Positions 18,659-27,658 of a DNA stretch of 64,000 nt are shown here, piece by piece. Under the pieces are notes generated by a model. The model did no database searches and was not told where the DNA came from. It saw only the letters and a list, made by a program, of their open reading frames with translations. How positions within the stretch are numbered: position 1 is the first letter of the stretch; every line of letters starts with the position of its first letter. Position numbers and translations under genes: made by a program. The DNA comes from Terriglobia bacterium (GTDB lineage: Bacteria > Acidobacteriota > Terriglobia > 2-12-FULL-54-10), in contig CAXVYR010000003.1 in the NCBI GenBank assembly GCA_963666975.2, forward strand, positions 704,001 to 768,000, read 5' to 3'.

Positions 18659-19669
18659 ATGTGTGATTTTGCCGCCAACGAAGCCGCTGAACAACTCTTA
18701 GTGGGCCGCGTGCTGACCGTGAAGCGTGTTCGCGAGCTGAACGCCAAAGACTATTTCTACCAGATGCTCAAGGACAACCCGGAGATGCTCAAGATTTATC
18801 CGGGGATCGAGAACGAGCTTCTGGAGGGAGCCATCGACTGCCACATCCACGCCTACCCGGATTTTGTCCATCGCTCGCAGGACATGATCCAGATCGCCAT
18901 CGACGCCTCGAAAGCGGGCATGCGCGCGCTGGCCTTTAAGGACCACTGGAACATCAGCGCCAACGCCGCCTATCTGGCCCAGCGCCACATTGATTATCTG
19001 CTGGAAAAGGGAGAGCTGACGCACCGTGTGGAAATCTACGGCGGAACGGGCACATGCCTCGGCATGAACCCGGATGCCGTCCGCGTAGCGCTGCAATACC
19101 CCAACTGCAAGATGATATGGTTTCCCACCTTCACCTCCTACGGTTTCTGGCGCGGCGCCGGACATCCGGAACGCGGCGGCGTCCGTCTGGTAAACGACGC
19201 AGGCGAGGTGCTGCCGGAAGTGGTGGAGATTTTGGAGATGGCCGCAGCAAAGAAAGTAGGCGTCGGCTTCGGGCACACCGACTTTACGGAGTTGCTGCCG
19301 CTGGCCAAGAAGGCCAAGGAATTCGGCGTCCGAGCCACACTGGACCATCCTCTGCTCGAACTCAACAAACTGCTGCTGGAGGAGATGAAGGAGCTGGCCG
19401 ATCTGGGAGTCTACGTCGGAACCTACTGTCAGCCTATGATCCCGAGCCTCTACCAGCCTGTCGCCGATCCTATGGAGACGATCCGCACCATCCGGGAGAT
19501 CGGACCCAAACGGTGCATCATCGGAAGCGACTTCGGCCAGGTCCTGCACATGGATTCGATTGATGGCATGCGGGTCTTCATTCGCGCTCTGCTCGCCTTC
19601 GGGATCAAACCCCGCGAGATTCGCACGATGCTGCAGGACAACCCGGCAAAACTGATGTGGCTGGATTGA
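18659..19669 (+). CDS. Amidohydrolase-superfamily metalloprotein (DUF6282-like)
   Basis: IDCHIHAYPD, FKDH, GH, DHP and GSDFGQ metal-ligand pattern. Confidence 0.8.
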   Translation: MCDFAANEAAEQLLVGRVLTVKRVRELNAKDYFYQMLKDNPEMLKIYPGIENELLEGAIDCHIHAYPDFVHRSQDMIQIAIDASKAGMRALAFKDHWNISANAAYLAQRHIDYLLEKGELTHRVEIYGGTGTCLGMNPDAVRVALQYPNCKMIWFPTFTSYGFWRGAGHPERGGVRLVNDAGEVLPEVVEILEMAAAKKVGVGFGHTDFTELLPLAKKAKEFGVRATLDHPLLELNKLLLEEMKELADLGVYVGTYCQPMIPSLYQPVADPMETIRTIREIGPKRCIIGSDFGQVLHMDSIDGMRVFIRALLAFGIKPREIRTMLQDNPAKLMWLD

Positions 19670-19691
19670 TCCAATTGGGAGCGCCCTGCAG

Positions 19692-20498
19692 TCACTTCAA
19701 GCACGGCCCGAAACTAGGAATGAGGCCGTCAACAATATTCGCCATCTGCTTGAGCGTTTCGAGCAGCGGCTCACCCTCAATAATCTGCGGCTCGCCGAAC
19801 GCTACATTAAAGCGGAACTGCATTTGTTGGTCTATTTCCGCGTCAGGGGCACCAACAAAGAGTTCGTCGCCTACCTTCAACGGGCAGAGTTTGTCGGCGG
19901 GCTTCAAAAACAAGTCTAATTTAGGAACAACACTTCTACCGCCCAAGAGTTCCTGCATGTTGCGATGCAACATGGGACCAACATTAACGCTCCGATAGGC
20001 CGATCCCACGGCTACCAACAAGCGGTGTTTGTCGATGTTGTTAAGTTTGTGGAGCACCCAAAGTTGGTGCCCTTTCCCACCCTTGTATGGTTCGATACAG
20101 TTGATAGCATCTATCGCATCTTGCCTCATACCCTTTACTTTTCCAGGCAAGCTGGATTTGTATTCAGGGGGGCTGTCCGCGATGGGGAAGTAGATGTGCC
20201 GCCCAGGTCCACTGGCACCATTCGTGCCGACAAGAAACAATTGATAGGCTAAATGGTCAAGGGCACTCCTGAGATTCTGAAGAATGTCGCCGCTGATCGT
20301 GGTAATAAGTGCGGGTGTGTGTTTGATGTTCCCTACATAGTAAATAGGCTTTCTGGTTTGAGAGTCCCGCTTGGCAACGACTTTATATGGGTCGGACTCG
20401 AGAAAGATGCCGAGGATTTTTTCTAGCTGGACGATGTGCTCTTTCGCCCGTTCGACTTTCGCCCGTGGGCCAAGTAGCGCGGAATTAGTTAATACCAT
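19692..20498 (-). CDS. Hypothetical protein, visibly lower GC, possible HEPN-like fold
   Basis: 268-aa ORF with NLRSALDHLAY and LNNIDKHR; AT-richer codons than its neighbours. Confidence 0.75.
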   Translation of the reverse strand: MVLTNSALLGPRAKVERAKEHIVQLEKILGIFLESDPYKVVAKRDSQTRKPIYYVGNIKHTPALITTISGDILQNLRSALDHLAYQLFLVGTNGASGPGRHIYFPIADSPPEYKSSLPGKVKGMRQDAIDAINCIEPYKGGKGHQLWVLHKLNNIDKHRLLVAVGSAYRSVNVGPMLHRNMQELLGGRSVVPKLDLFLKPADKLCPLKVGDELFVGAPDAEIDQQMQFRFNVAFGEPQIIEGEPLLETLKQMANIVDGLIPSFGPCLK

Positions 20499-20559
20499 TC
20501 TTTCATTAGCTTACCATCCCCTATGCATCAAGTGAATAATCACGTGGATTGAGGCGGAG

Positions 20560-21537
20560 CTACACCTTAAGCGACTCCGCTAGAGCGAGCGTCCTTCTGG
20601 CACGCTCCACAATCGGCAGATCGATCAACTGGCCGCCGAAGGCAATGGAGCCCTCGCCGCGAGCCGTCGCCTCGTCAAACGCCTGAACCACTTGGCGGCA
20701 GTAGTCCACCTCAGCGGCGGTAGGAGTGAAGGTGGCGTTGATAGGAGGAAGGTCGTTGATGGGGTCGATCTGGGAAGGATGAATTAGCGACATCCCGGTA
20801 AATCCCAAGCGGCGAGCCTGGAGAGCGAACGTGTTCAATCCTTCCATGTCTTTGAGGTCTGGCCACACTCCGTCCACTGCCTGGACGTGCGCAGCGGCGG
20901 CAGCGGTCACCAGCGCAGAGCGGGCGTAAAGCAGGTCCCGTGCCTCGCCTTCCCGCAGCAACGGCAGGCCCAGTTCTTTTCCATAATCCTCCGCCCCAAA
21001 TATCAGTCCCATTACGCGAGGCGAGGAAGTAGCAATTGCATGGGCGTTGAGAAGTCCTTGGGGACTTTCAATGGCAATGAGCAAGCTCACTCCCCCGGCG
21101 GGAATTCCCGCCTCCGGCTCTCGGCGATCCAGTATCTCGGCGACCGTCCTCACCTGTTCCGGAGCGTTGATCTTTGGCAGCACCAAACCTTCCAGGCCCG
21201 CCCGGATCACGGCGGACAGATCGGCCTGCATGCGTTCTCGCGCAGGCGTTCGATAAGGAGCAGCTGACCCGGTGAGGCGCTGCCCGGCCTGCCAACTTGA
21301 TGCGCAATATCGCGCAGGCGTTCGATAAGGAGCAGCTGACCCGGTGAGGCGCTGCTGCACTTGATCGAAAGCCGCCGCAATCTGCTGCCGGGCCGTCTCC
21401 TTTTCCGCAACGGCCACCCCGTCTTCGATGTCCATCATAATGGCATCCACGTTCAGCCCCAGGGCTTTTTCAATCATGCGCGCGCGGTGTCCGGGAACGA
21501 ACATCCAGGAGCGGAATAGTTTAGTGGTTCGGTCCAT
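20560..21537 (-). CDS. CitE/HpcH-family acyl-CoA (citryl/malyl/citramalyl-CoA) lyase with an internal 46-bp duplication
   Basis: RSWMFVPG, DIEDGV, LPK, IESPQG, FGAEDY and IHPSQI; the YVRIN motif is garbled at the duplication. Confidence 0.88.
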   Translation of the reverse strand: MDRTTKLFRSWMFVPGHRARMIEKALGLNVDAIMMDIEDGVAVAEKETARQQIAAAFDQVQQRLTGSAAPYRTPARYCASSWQAGQRLTGSAAPYRTPARERMQADLSAVIRAGLEGLVLPKINAPEQVRTVAEILDRREPEAGIPAGGVSLLIAIESPQGLLNAHAIATSSPRVMGLIFGAEDYGKELGLPLLREGEARDLLYARSALVTAAAAAHVQAVDGVWPDLKDMEGLNTFALQARRLGFTGMSLIHPSQIDPINDLPPINATFTPTAAEVDYCRQVVQAFDEATARGEGSIAFGGQLIDLPIVERARRTLALAESLKV

Positions 21538-21563
21538 AGGCCACTTCAGCAGTCAGATCGGAT

Positions 21564-22739
21564 TTAATACGACCTGGGCATTCCGAGCACATTCTGGCCC
21601 AGGAAAGCCAGCACCAGGTTATTGCTGACTGGCGCAACAGAAAACAGCCGGGTTTCACGAAACTTACGCTCCACGTCGTAATCACGCGCAAAGCCGTAGC
21701 CGCCATAGGTAGTGAGGCAAGCGTTGGCCGCCTCCCAGGCGGCCTCCGATGCCAGCAGCTTGGCCATGTTGGCCTCGGCGCCGCACTTTTCCCGGCGCTC
21801 GAACTTTGCGGCTGCGTCAAAACGCATCAGGTCCGCGGCTTCAATATGGGCGTAGGCCTGCGCGATGGGAAATTGGACGCCTTGGTTCGCGCCAATGGGC
21901 CGCCCGAAGACCACGCGCTCCCGTGCGTAACGCGCCGCACGCTCGACAAACCAACGCCCGTCCCCGATGGCCTCGGCGGCGATCAGAATGCGCTCCGCGT
22001 TCCAGCCGTCGATGATGTAGCGGAAGCCCCTGCCTTCTTCGCCGATCAGGCTGTCGGCAGGAATCTCCACATCGTCAAAAAAAAGGGTGTTCGTATGGTG
22101 GTTGATCATCAGGTCCAGAGGCTGGACTTCCAGTTTTCCCTTGACGTTCCGCATGTCCACCAGAAAAACGGAAAGCCCGCGGGTCTTGTCTTTGAGATCA
22201 TCGTAAGGCGTGGTGCGCGCCAGCAGCATCATCAGGTCCGATTGCTTTACGCGGGAGATGAAAATCTTTTGTCCGTTGACCACGTAGCTGTCCCCCTTAC
22301 GAACGGCGCGGGTTTCGATGCGCGTGGTCTCCGACCCGGCGTTCGGCTCGGTGACCGCGAAGGCCTGCAGCCGCAACTCTCCTTGGGCGATCTTCGGAAG
22401 ATAGCGCCGTTTTTGTTCCTCGCTGCCGTGGCGGAGCAAGGTTCCCATGGTGTACATCTGGGCGTGGCAGGCGCCGGAGTTTCCTCCGGAGCGGTTGATC
22501 TCCTCCAGAATAATGCTGGCCTCGGTTATCTCCAGGCCCGCGCCCCCGTACTCCTCCGGTATCAATGCCGCCAGATACCCGCTGACGGTGAGCTGATCGA
22601 CGAATTCCTGCGGATATTTCTCCTGCTTGTCTACATCGCGCCAGTAGGCGTCCGGGAAATCCCTGCACAGCTTGCCGACAGCCTCCCGTATGGCCTGCCT
22701 GTCTTCGTTTGTGTGTGACTGCGTGGTTTGTGGTTCCAT
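21564..22739 (-). CDS. Acyl-CoA dehydrogenase
   Basis: IPEEYGG, AFAVTEPNAGSE, NGQKIFIS, NAERI and GGYGFARDY motifs. Confidence 0.96.
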   Translation of the reverse strand: MEPQTTQSHTNEDRQAIREAVGKLCRDFPDAYWRDVDKQEKYPQEFVDQLTVSGYLAALIPEEYGGAGLEITEASIILEEINRSGGNSGACHAQMYTMGTLLRHGSEEQKRRYLPKIAQGELRLQAFAVTEPNAGSETTRIETRAVRKGDSYVVNGQKIFISRVKQSDLMMLLARTTPYDDLKDKTRGLSVFLVDMRNVKGKLEVQPLDLMINHHTNTLFFDDVEIPADSLIGEEGRGFRYIIDGWNAERILIAAEAIGDGRWFVERAARYARERVVFGRPIGANQGVQFPIAQAYAHIEAADLMRFDAAAKFERREKCGAEANMAKLLASEAAWEAANACLTTYGGYGFARDYDVERKFRETRLFSVAPVSNNLVLAFLGQNVLGMPRSY

Positions 22740-22898
22740 AACCTTGCCCCCTGATGCGAAGCGTAGTATATAAAAGGATTTCCTGGGTAACAAATCGAAA
22801 TGTTCACTTCCCTCTTGCGAGTTTCGGTTTTCCCGCTCTTCTCCTTCTGCTGGTTTGGGAACATCCACTCGCGAGTTTCCCGATAAGGAGGAAAGCAA

Positions 22899-23411
22899 AT
22901 GCCTGTCAAAACCGGCTGGGAGGGCCGCTACTTTGAAGATTTCACCGTGGGCGACATCTACCGCTGCCGCCTGGGAAGAACCGTCACGGAAACCGACAAT
23001 ATTTGGTTTACGCTGCTGACCAACAACACCAACCAAATCCATTTCAACAATGAGTACGGCAAGCGCACCGAGTTTGGCCGCTGCCTGATCAACAGCGCCC
23101 TGACGCTGGCCATCGTCGCCGGACTGGGCGTGGCCGATGTCAGCGAGAACGGCTTTGCTCTGGGCTGGGATGAGATCAAGCTGCCGAACCCGCTGTTCGC
23201 CGGGGACACGCTTTACTCGGAGTCCGAGGTCCTGGAAAAGCGCGCGTCCAAGTCCAAGCCGCAATGGGGCATCATCAAGGTTCGGACCCGAGGCGTGCAG
23301 CAAGAAGGCAAAGTCGTCATCGACTACGCGCGCAGCGTCATGGTATGGAAGCGCGCGCATGCTCCGAAGCAGGACCTCTTTCCTGAGATTCGTTCCAATG
23401 CCGCGCCATAA
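22899..23411 (+). CDS. MaoC-family dehydratase
   Basis: GRYFEDFTVGD, RTVTETDN...LTNNTNQIH and FAGDTLYSESEV. Confidence 0.93.
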   Translation: MPVKTGWEGRYFEDFTVGDIYRCRLGRTVTETDNIWFTLLTNNTNQIHFNNEYGKRTEFGRCLINSALTLAIVAGLGVADVSENGFALGWDEIKLPNPLFAGDTLYSESEVLEKRASKSKPQWGIIKVRTRGVQQEGKVVIDYARSVMVWKRAHAPKQDLFPEIRSNAAP

Positions 23412-24621
23412 CCCGGAAAAAGTTTCGCAGGCGCTCTCCGGTGTCCGGGTCCTGGCGCTGGAGACCGCCGTTTCAGGACCCTTCTGCAGCCGGATTCTCG
23501 CCGACATGGGGGCGGAAGTCATCAAGGTGGAGAGGCCGGGAACCGGCGATGTGGTTCGTCAATGGGACTCGGCCGTGCGGGGACTTTCTTCCGGGTTTGT
23601 CTGGGCCAACCGGAACAAACGCAGCTTTGCCGTAGACGCGAAGAAGAAGGCCGGCCAGGAGATTCTTCTCCGGTTGGCAGGCCAAGTGGACGTCTTTCTG
23701 GAAAACTTTGCGCCGGGCGTTGCGGGGCGGCTCGGCTTCGGAGCGGACGAGTTGCGCCGCCGCAATCCCCGGCTCATCTACTGCTCCCTCTCCGGCTACG
23801 GGCAAGACGGCCCCTACCGGGACGTGAAGGCCTACGACCTGCTGATCCAGGGCGAAGCAGGAATTCTTGCCACTACGGGCTATCCGGAAAAACCGGCCAA
23901 GGTGGGAATCCCCATCGCGGACATTGCCGCCTCCATGTACGCCGCGCTGGGCACGCTTCTCGCTCTCTACCAAAGAGAGCGCACCGGCCAGGGCCAGATA
24001 ATCGACATCTCCATGTTCGAGTCGGTTCTATCCTGGCTGGCCTATTTCCCTCATCATTACTGGCACCAAGGAGAGGAACCCGCCCGTGTAGGAATGCGGC
24101 ACCACTATGTGACTCCTTACGGTCCTTATCTCGCGGGCGACGGTGTGTACGTGAATTTTGCGGTCGCATCGGCTCAAGATTGGGAAGTTTTCTGCCGAGA
24201 AGTGATTCAGCGTCCCGACCTTCTGGAAGACCGGCGATTTCAAACGGTGGAAGCGCGTCTTGGAAATCGCGGAGTTCTGGAAGAGACGGTCGAGAAAATT
24301 TTTCTGGAGCAGCCGCACGAGGAATGGCTGCGACGGCTCAAAGAAAGCCGCTTGCCGCACGGAGAAGTCCGGGGGATCGCGCAGGTTCTGGCTCACCCCC
24401 AGGTCATCGCCCGCCGCATGGTCCGGGAAATGGAATCGCCTGTGGGTCCGATTCCCGTCATCGGCAGCCCGTTGCAGCTTTCTGGCAGTCCGGCACGTTT
24501 TGACGTGATTCCAAAACTGGGAGAGGACACGGAAGCCATCCTGAAAGAACTTGGTTACGACGAACAGGAAATTGAAAAACTTCGGCAAGACCAGGTCATC
24601 TACGGGCCATCTAGTGGATAA
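23398..24621 (+). CDS. CoA-transferase family III (CaiB/BaiF)
   Basis: LADMGAEVIKVERPG, NRNKRS, ENFAPG and SGYGQDGPY...YD motifs. Confidence 0.95.
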   Translation: MPRHNPEKVSQALSGVRVLALETAVSGPFCSRILADMGAEVIKVERPGTGDVVRQWDSAVRGLSSGFVWANRNKRSFAVDAKKKAGQEILLRLAGQVDVFLENFAPGVAGRLGFGADELRRRNPRLIYCSLSGYGQDGPYRDVKAYDLLIQGEAGILATTGYPEKPAKVGIPIADIAASMYAALGTLLALYQRERTGQGQIIDISMFESVLSWLAYFPHHYWHQGEEPARVGMRHHYVTPYGPYLAGDGVYVNFAVASAQDWEVFCREVIQRPDLLEDRRFQTVEARLGNRGVLEETVEKIFLEQPHEEWLRRLKESRLPHGEVRGIAQVLAHPQVIARRMVREMESPVGPIPVIGSPLQLSGSPARFDVIPKLGEDTEAILKELGYDEQEIEKLRQDQVIYGPSSG

Positions 24622-24671
24622 GCCTTTTCGCTTTCGGCCCTATACAGGGTAGTTTAGAATTAAAAGCTCCG

Positions 24672-25418
24672 ATGCGATACTTGATTCTCAGCGACCTGCA
24701 TGCCAACCTCGAAGCGCTCCAAGCCGTCCTGGCAATCACCCAGGGAGAATACGAGCAAGTGGTCTGTTGCGGGGACTTGGTTGGGTACGGTCCCGATCCG
24801 GACCCGATCGTCGATTGGGTGCGGGAGCACGTGACCGACGTGATCCGCGGCAACCATGACAAAGCTTGCTGCGGCGTCAGCGACGCCGAGGATTTTAACG
24901 ACGTAGCCCGGCTGGCTGCCTTCTGGACTCGTGCTCGCCTCAAACCGGAAAATCTGCAATATCTACGGAATCTGCCACAGGGCCCCGCAGCGGTGGCGAA
25001 CCAGTTTGCGATCCTCCACGGTAGTCCCCAAGATGAGGATGAATACATCACCACTTGTGCCGGGGCATCGGAATCGATCCGTTTGCTTCGCCATCAGGTG
25101 TCTTTTTTCGGCCATACTCACCTCCAAGGTGGATTTCTGCAGAACCCCGGCAAGGCCGTAGAAGTGCTCCCACCGACGTTTTCCCCGGACTCGGACAGGA
25201 AATCCTTGGAGGTCCAGCCGTACGAAACCTACTTCCTCAATCCCGGCTCCGTCGGCCAGCCCCGGGACGGAGACAACCGTGCTGCCTTTGTCATCTATGA
25301 CACAGAAGGGATCGTCGAATATAGACGAGCCCCTTATGACTTCACAGCCACCATGGCCAAAATGCGGCAGGCAGGCCTCCCTGAGTTTTTGGCCTACCGG
25401 CTGAGCATCGGCAGATAA
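24672..25418 (+). CDS. Metallophosphoesterase (calcineurin-like)
   Basis: SDLHAN, GDLVGYG, RGNHD, GHTH and NPGSVGQPRDG motifs. Confidence 0.95.
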   Translation: MRYLILSDLHANLEALQAVLAITQGEYEQVVCCGDLVGYGPDPDPIVDWVREHVTDVIRGNHDKACCGVSDAEDFNDVARLAAFWTRARLKPENLQYLRNLPQGPAAVANQFAILHGSPQDEDEYITTCAGASESIRLLRHQVSFFGHTHLQGGFLQNPGKAVEVLPPTFSPDSDRKSLEVQPYETYFLNPGSVGQPRDGDNRAAFVIYDTEGIVEYRRAPYDFTATMAKMRQAGLPEFLAYRLSIGR

Positions 25419-25543
25419 CTAAAGCCTCTTTCTCTGTGGAACCTGCCCCGTCCCTGCCCTGCGTCGCTGACTGTAACAATCGAATCCTTAATTCCTCGCC
25501 CTTCCTATCGAATTGGATTCCGCGAATAATTTTCCTCTACCTG

Positions 25544-25618
25544 TTGACATTTTTTCCCGCAAACCTTATATTAGCAACTTTGTTAACCTGCATTAACATT
25601 TATATTCAGGCTAACTAA
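25544..25618 (+). promoter_or_regulatory. Sigma70 promoter plus downstream palindromic operator-like site
   Basis: TTGACA (25544), 17-bp spacer, TATATT (25567); TGTTAA-N6-TTAACA at 25581-25598 in an AT-rich block. Confidence 0.65.
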
Positions 25619-25758
25619 GCAATCTGTGCTCATTATGGTTTGGGAGATCAACTCCACAGGGCTAGGGAAGCATTCAGCAGTCCAGGTGCTGCAAAGTAAT
25701 TTTTTGCCGACGCGCGGAATCCGCAGGAGAAATTAACCTTGCAGTTCTCCAATATTTT

Positions 25759-27255
25759 TTGATGCAGGCGGTACCCATGCTCCAGAGAAGAAACATTTAC
25801 AACAGGGTCACATCGCTTCCCAGGTCCACTGGGACTCGCGGGGCAAGTTGCCTCATCCATTCCGGCCTCTGGCTGCTATTTACATTTATGGGCGGCATTG
25901 GGCTGCACGCACAAAGCGCCACTGCCGGACTTCCCGAGCGCGTCCAGAAGTTGGAGCGGCAAGTGACCGATTTCAACCGCCGGTTGGGAATCACACCGGC
26001 GGAGAGCCAGCAAGCGGGTGGCGTCGCCCTCGAAACACGGGTCGCCTTGCTCGAAGCACAACTGGCACAACTGCTCGCGGAGTTTCCCGGCAATGCGGAA
26101 GGCGCTGCGGAATCGGACCTTCCCTCGAACAACGTCTCGAACAACACGTTGCCGTCTCAAAAGCCCGCTGTGCCTTTGCTCCGCAAGCTCACGACCGCCG
26201 AGCGGGAAGGTTCCGAAACGCGGTTGCCGATTGCCGGCTACATGGAGATGAACTTCACCAAACCGGAGGCCCAGACGGGCACGCTGGACTTCCGGCGGTT
26301 TGTATTGCTCTTTGGCCACAGCTTCTCGGACCGGCTGAAATTCTGGTCGGAGCTGGAGATCGAGCACGCCTTCGTCGAAGGGCTGGAAGAAAAGGGCGAG
26401 TTGGAGTTGGAGCAAGCCTACTTGGACTTCCTGGTGCATCCGGCGCTGAACTTCCGCGGTGGAATGCTGCTGACCCCGATGGGCATCCTCAACGAGCGGC
26501 ATGAGCCGCCATCGTTCTACGGCGTGCTTCGCCCGCAAGTGGACACCGTCATCATCCCTTCCACTTGGTTTGACACGGGAATCGGCATCTTCGGGGATTT
26601 AGGGAATGGTCTTTCCTACAAGTTCTATGGCATGGCGCCGCTGGACGCCGCCGGATTCAGCGCTGCGGAGGGTCTGCGGGGCGGCCGCCAAAAGGGTTCG
26701 CGATCTTTGCTGCAAAACTGGGCGCAGGCCCTGCGCCTGGAATATCGAGGCGTCCGGCGGCTGGTGCTGGGATCGAGTTTCTGGAACGGAAAGACCGGCT
26801 TTGACCTGCCCAACGTCAACCCGGTTGTCCGGCTATACGAGTTCGACGGACGCTACCGGTGGAACCCTTTCGAATTTCGCGGGCAATTCGCTTCGTCGTT
26901 TACTACCCAGGCGGGCGAGTTGAACCGCGCCCTGCAACGCCGCACGGGTATCAGCCCGAACGTGGCCAAACAGGCTCGCGGGTTTTATATAGAAGGGGCG
27001 GCGCACCTGCTGCCGCAGCACAGCGAACATGACTTGGTGGGTTTTGTGCGCTACGAAAATTTCGACACTCAGCATCGTATGCCGCGCGGCTTTTTGCCCC
27101 TGAAGCAATTTGACCGCTCGCTCTGGACCTTGGGAGCAACCTATTATCCTCATCCCGACATCGCCTTGAAGGCCGACTATCAAATCCACCGCAATGAAAG
27201 CCAAGTGGTAAAAGCCGCCAACCAGTTCAACCTGGGGCTCGGATGGTGGTTCTGA
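25759..27255 (+). CDS. Outer-membrane porin-like beta-barrel (OprO/OprP-like); true start probably further downstream
   Basis: Signal-like segment, coiled coil, ELEIEH...ELEQAYLDF, terminal aromatic GWWF. Confidence 0.8.
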   Translation: MMQAVPMLQRRNIYNRVTSLPRSTGTRGASCLIHSGLWLLFTFMGGIGLHAQSATAGLPERVQKLERQVTDFNRRLGITPAESQQAGGVALETRVALLEAQLAQLLAEFPGNAEGAAESDLPSNNVSNNTLPSQKPAVPLLRKLTTAEREGSETRLPIAGYMEMNFTKPEAQTGTLDFRRFVLLFGHSFSDRLKFWSELEIEHAFVEGLEEKGELELEQAYLDFLVHPALNFRGGMLLTPMGILNERHEPPSFYGVLRPQVDTVIIPSTWFDTGIGIFGDLGNGLSYKFYGMAPLDAAGFSAAEGLRGGRQKGSRSLLQNWAQALRLEYRGVRRLVLGSSFWNGKTGFDLPNVNPVVRLYEFDGRYRWNPFEFRGQFASSFTTQAGELNRALQRRTGISPNVAKQARGFYIEGAAHLLPQHSEHDLVGFVRYENFDTQHRMPRGFLPLKQFDRSLWTLGATYYPHPDIALKADYQIHRNESQVVKAANQFNLGLGWWF

Positions 27256-27263
27256 GGAAAAAC

Positions 27264-27635
27264 ATGAAGCATGCATCCTTACAGATCGTTTTAGCAATCC
27301 TCGCGGCGGCTTTGCTGGCAGCGCCGGTCCAAGAAGCGCAGGCGCCTGCACCCGTCCAGCAAATCTACATCACAGCGGAGCGCTTCAGCTATGCCCCTGC
27401 TCAGATCCGAATCAAAAAGGGCAGCATCGTCGAAATTATCGCCGAAAGTGAAGACACCTCGCATGGCTTCCGCATTCCGGAGGCCGGTATCGAGGGCATT
27501 ATCCCCGCGCGCGGAAAGGGAGAGATGCGGCTGCGCTTTGAGGCAGTTGAGTCCGGCACTTTCATCATCGAGTGCTCCCGCCCTTGCGGCGCGGGCCACA
27601 ACACCATGCGCGGCGTGCTGATCGTGGAAGACTAG
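27264..27635 (+). CDS. Exported cupredoxin with CuA-type motif
   Basis: Signal peptide, DTSHGF and CSRPCGAGHNTM. Confidence 0.88.
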   Translation: MKHASLQIVLAILAAALLAAPVQEAQAPAPVQQIYITAERFSYAPAQIRIKKGSIVEIIAESEDTSHGFRIPEAGIEGIIPARGKGEMRLRFEAVESGTFIIECSRPCGAGHNTMRGVLIVED

Positions 27636-27658
27636 GAGGCATCGTGGGCGGATATATT

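Noticed and set aside
22740-23525. N-terminal extension of the 653-aa acyl-CoA dehydrogenase ORF
   Set aside because: Overlaps the MaoC gene on the opposite strand; the real start is ATG 22739.
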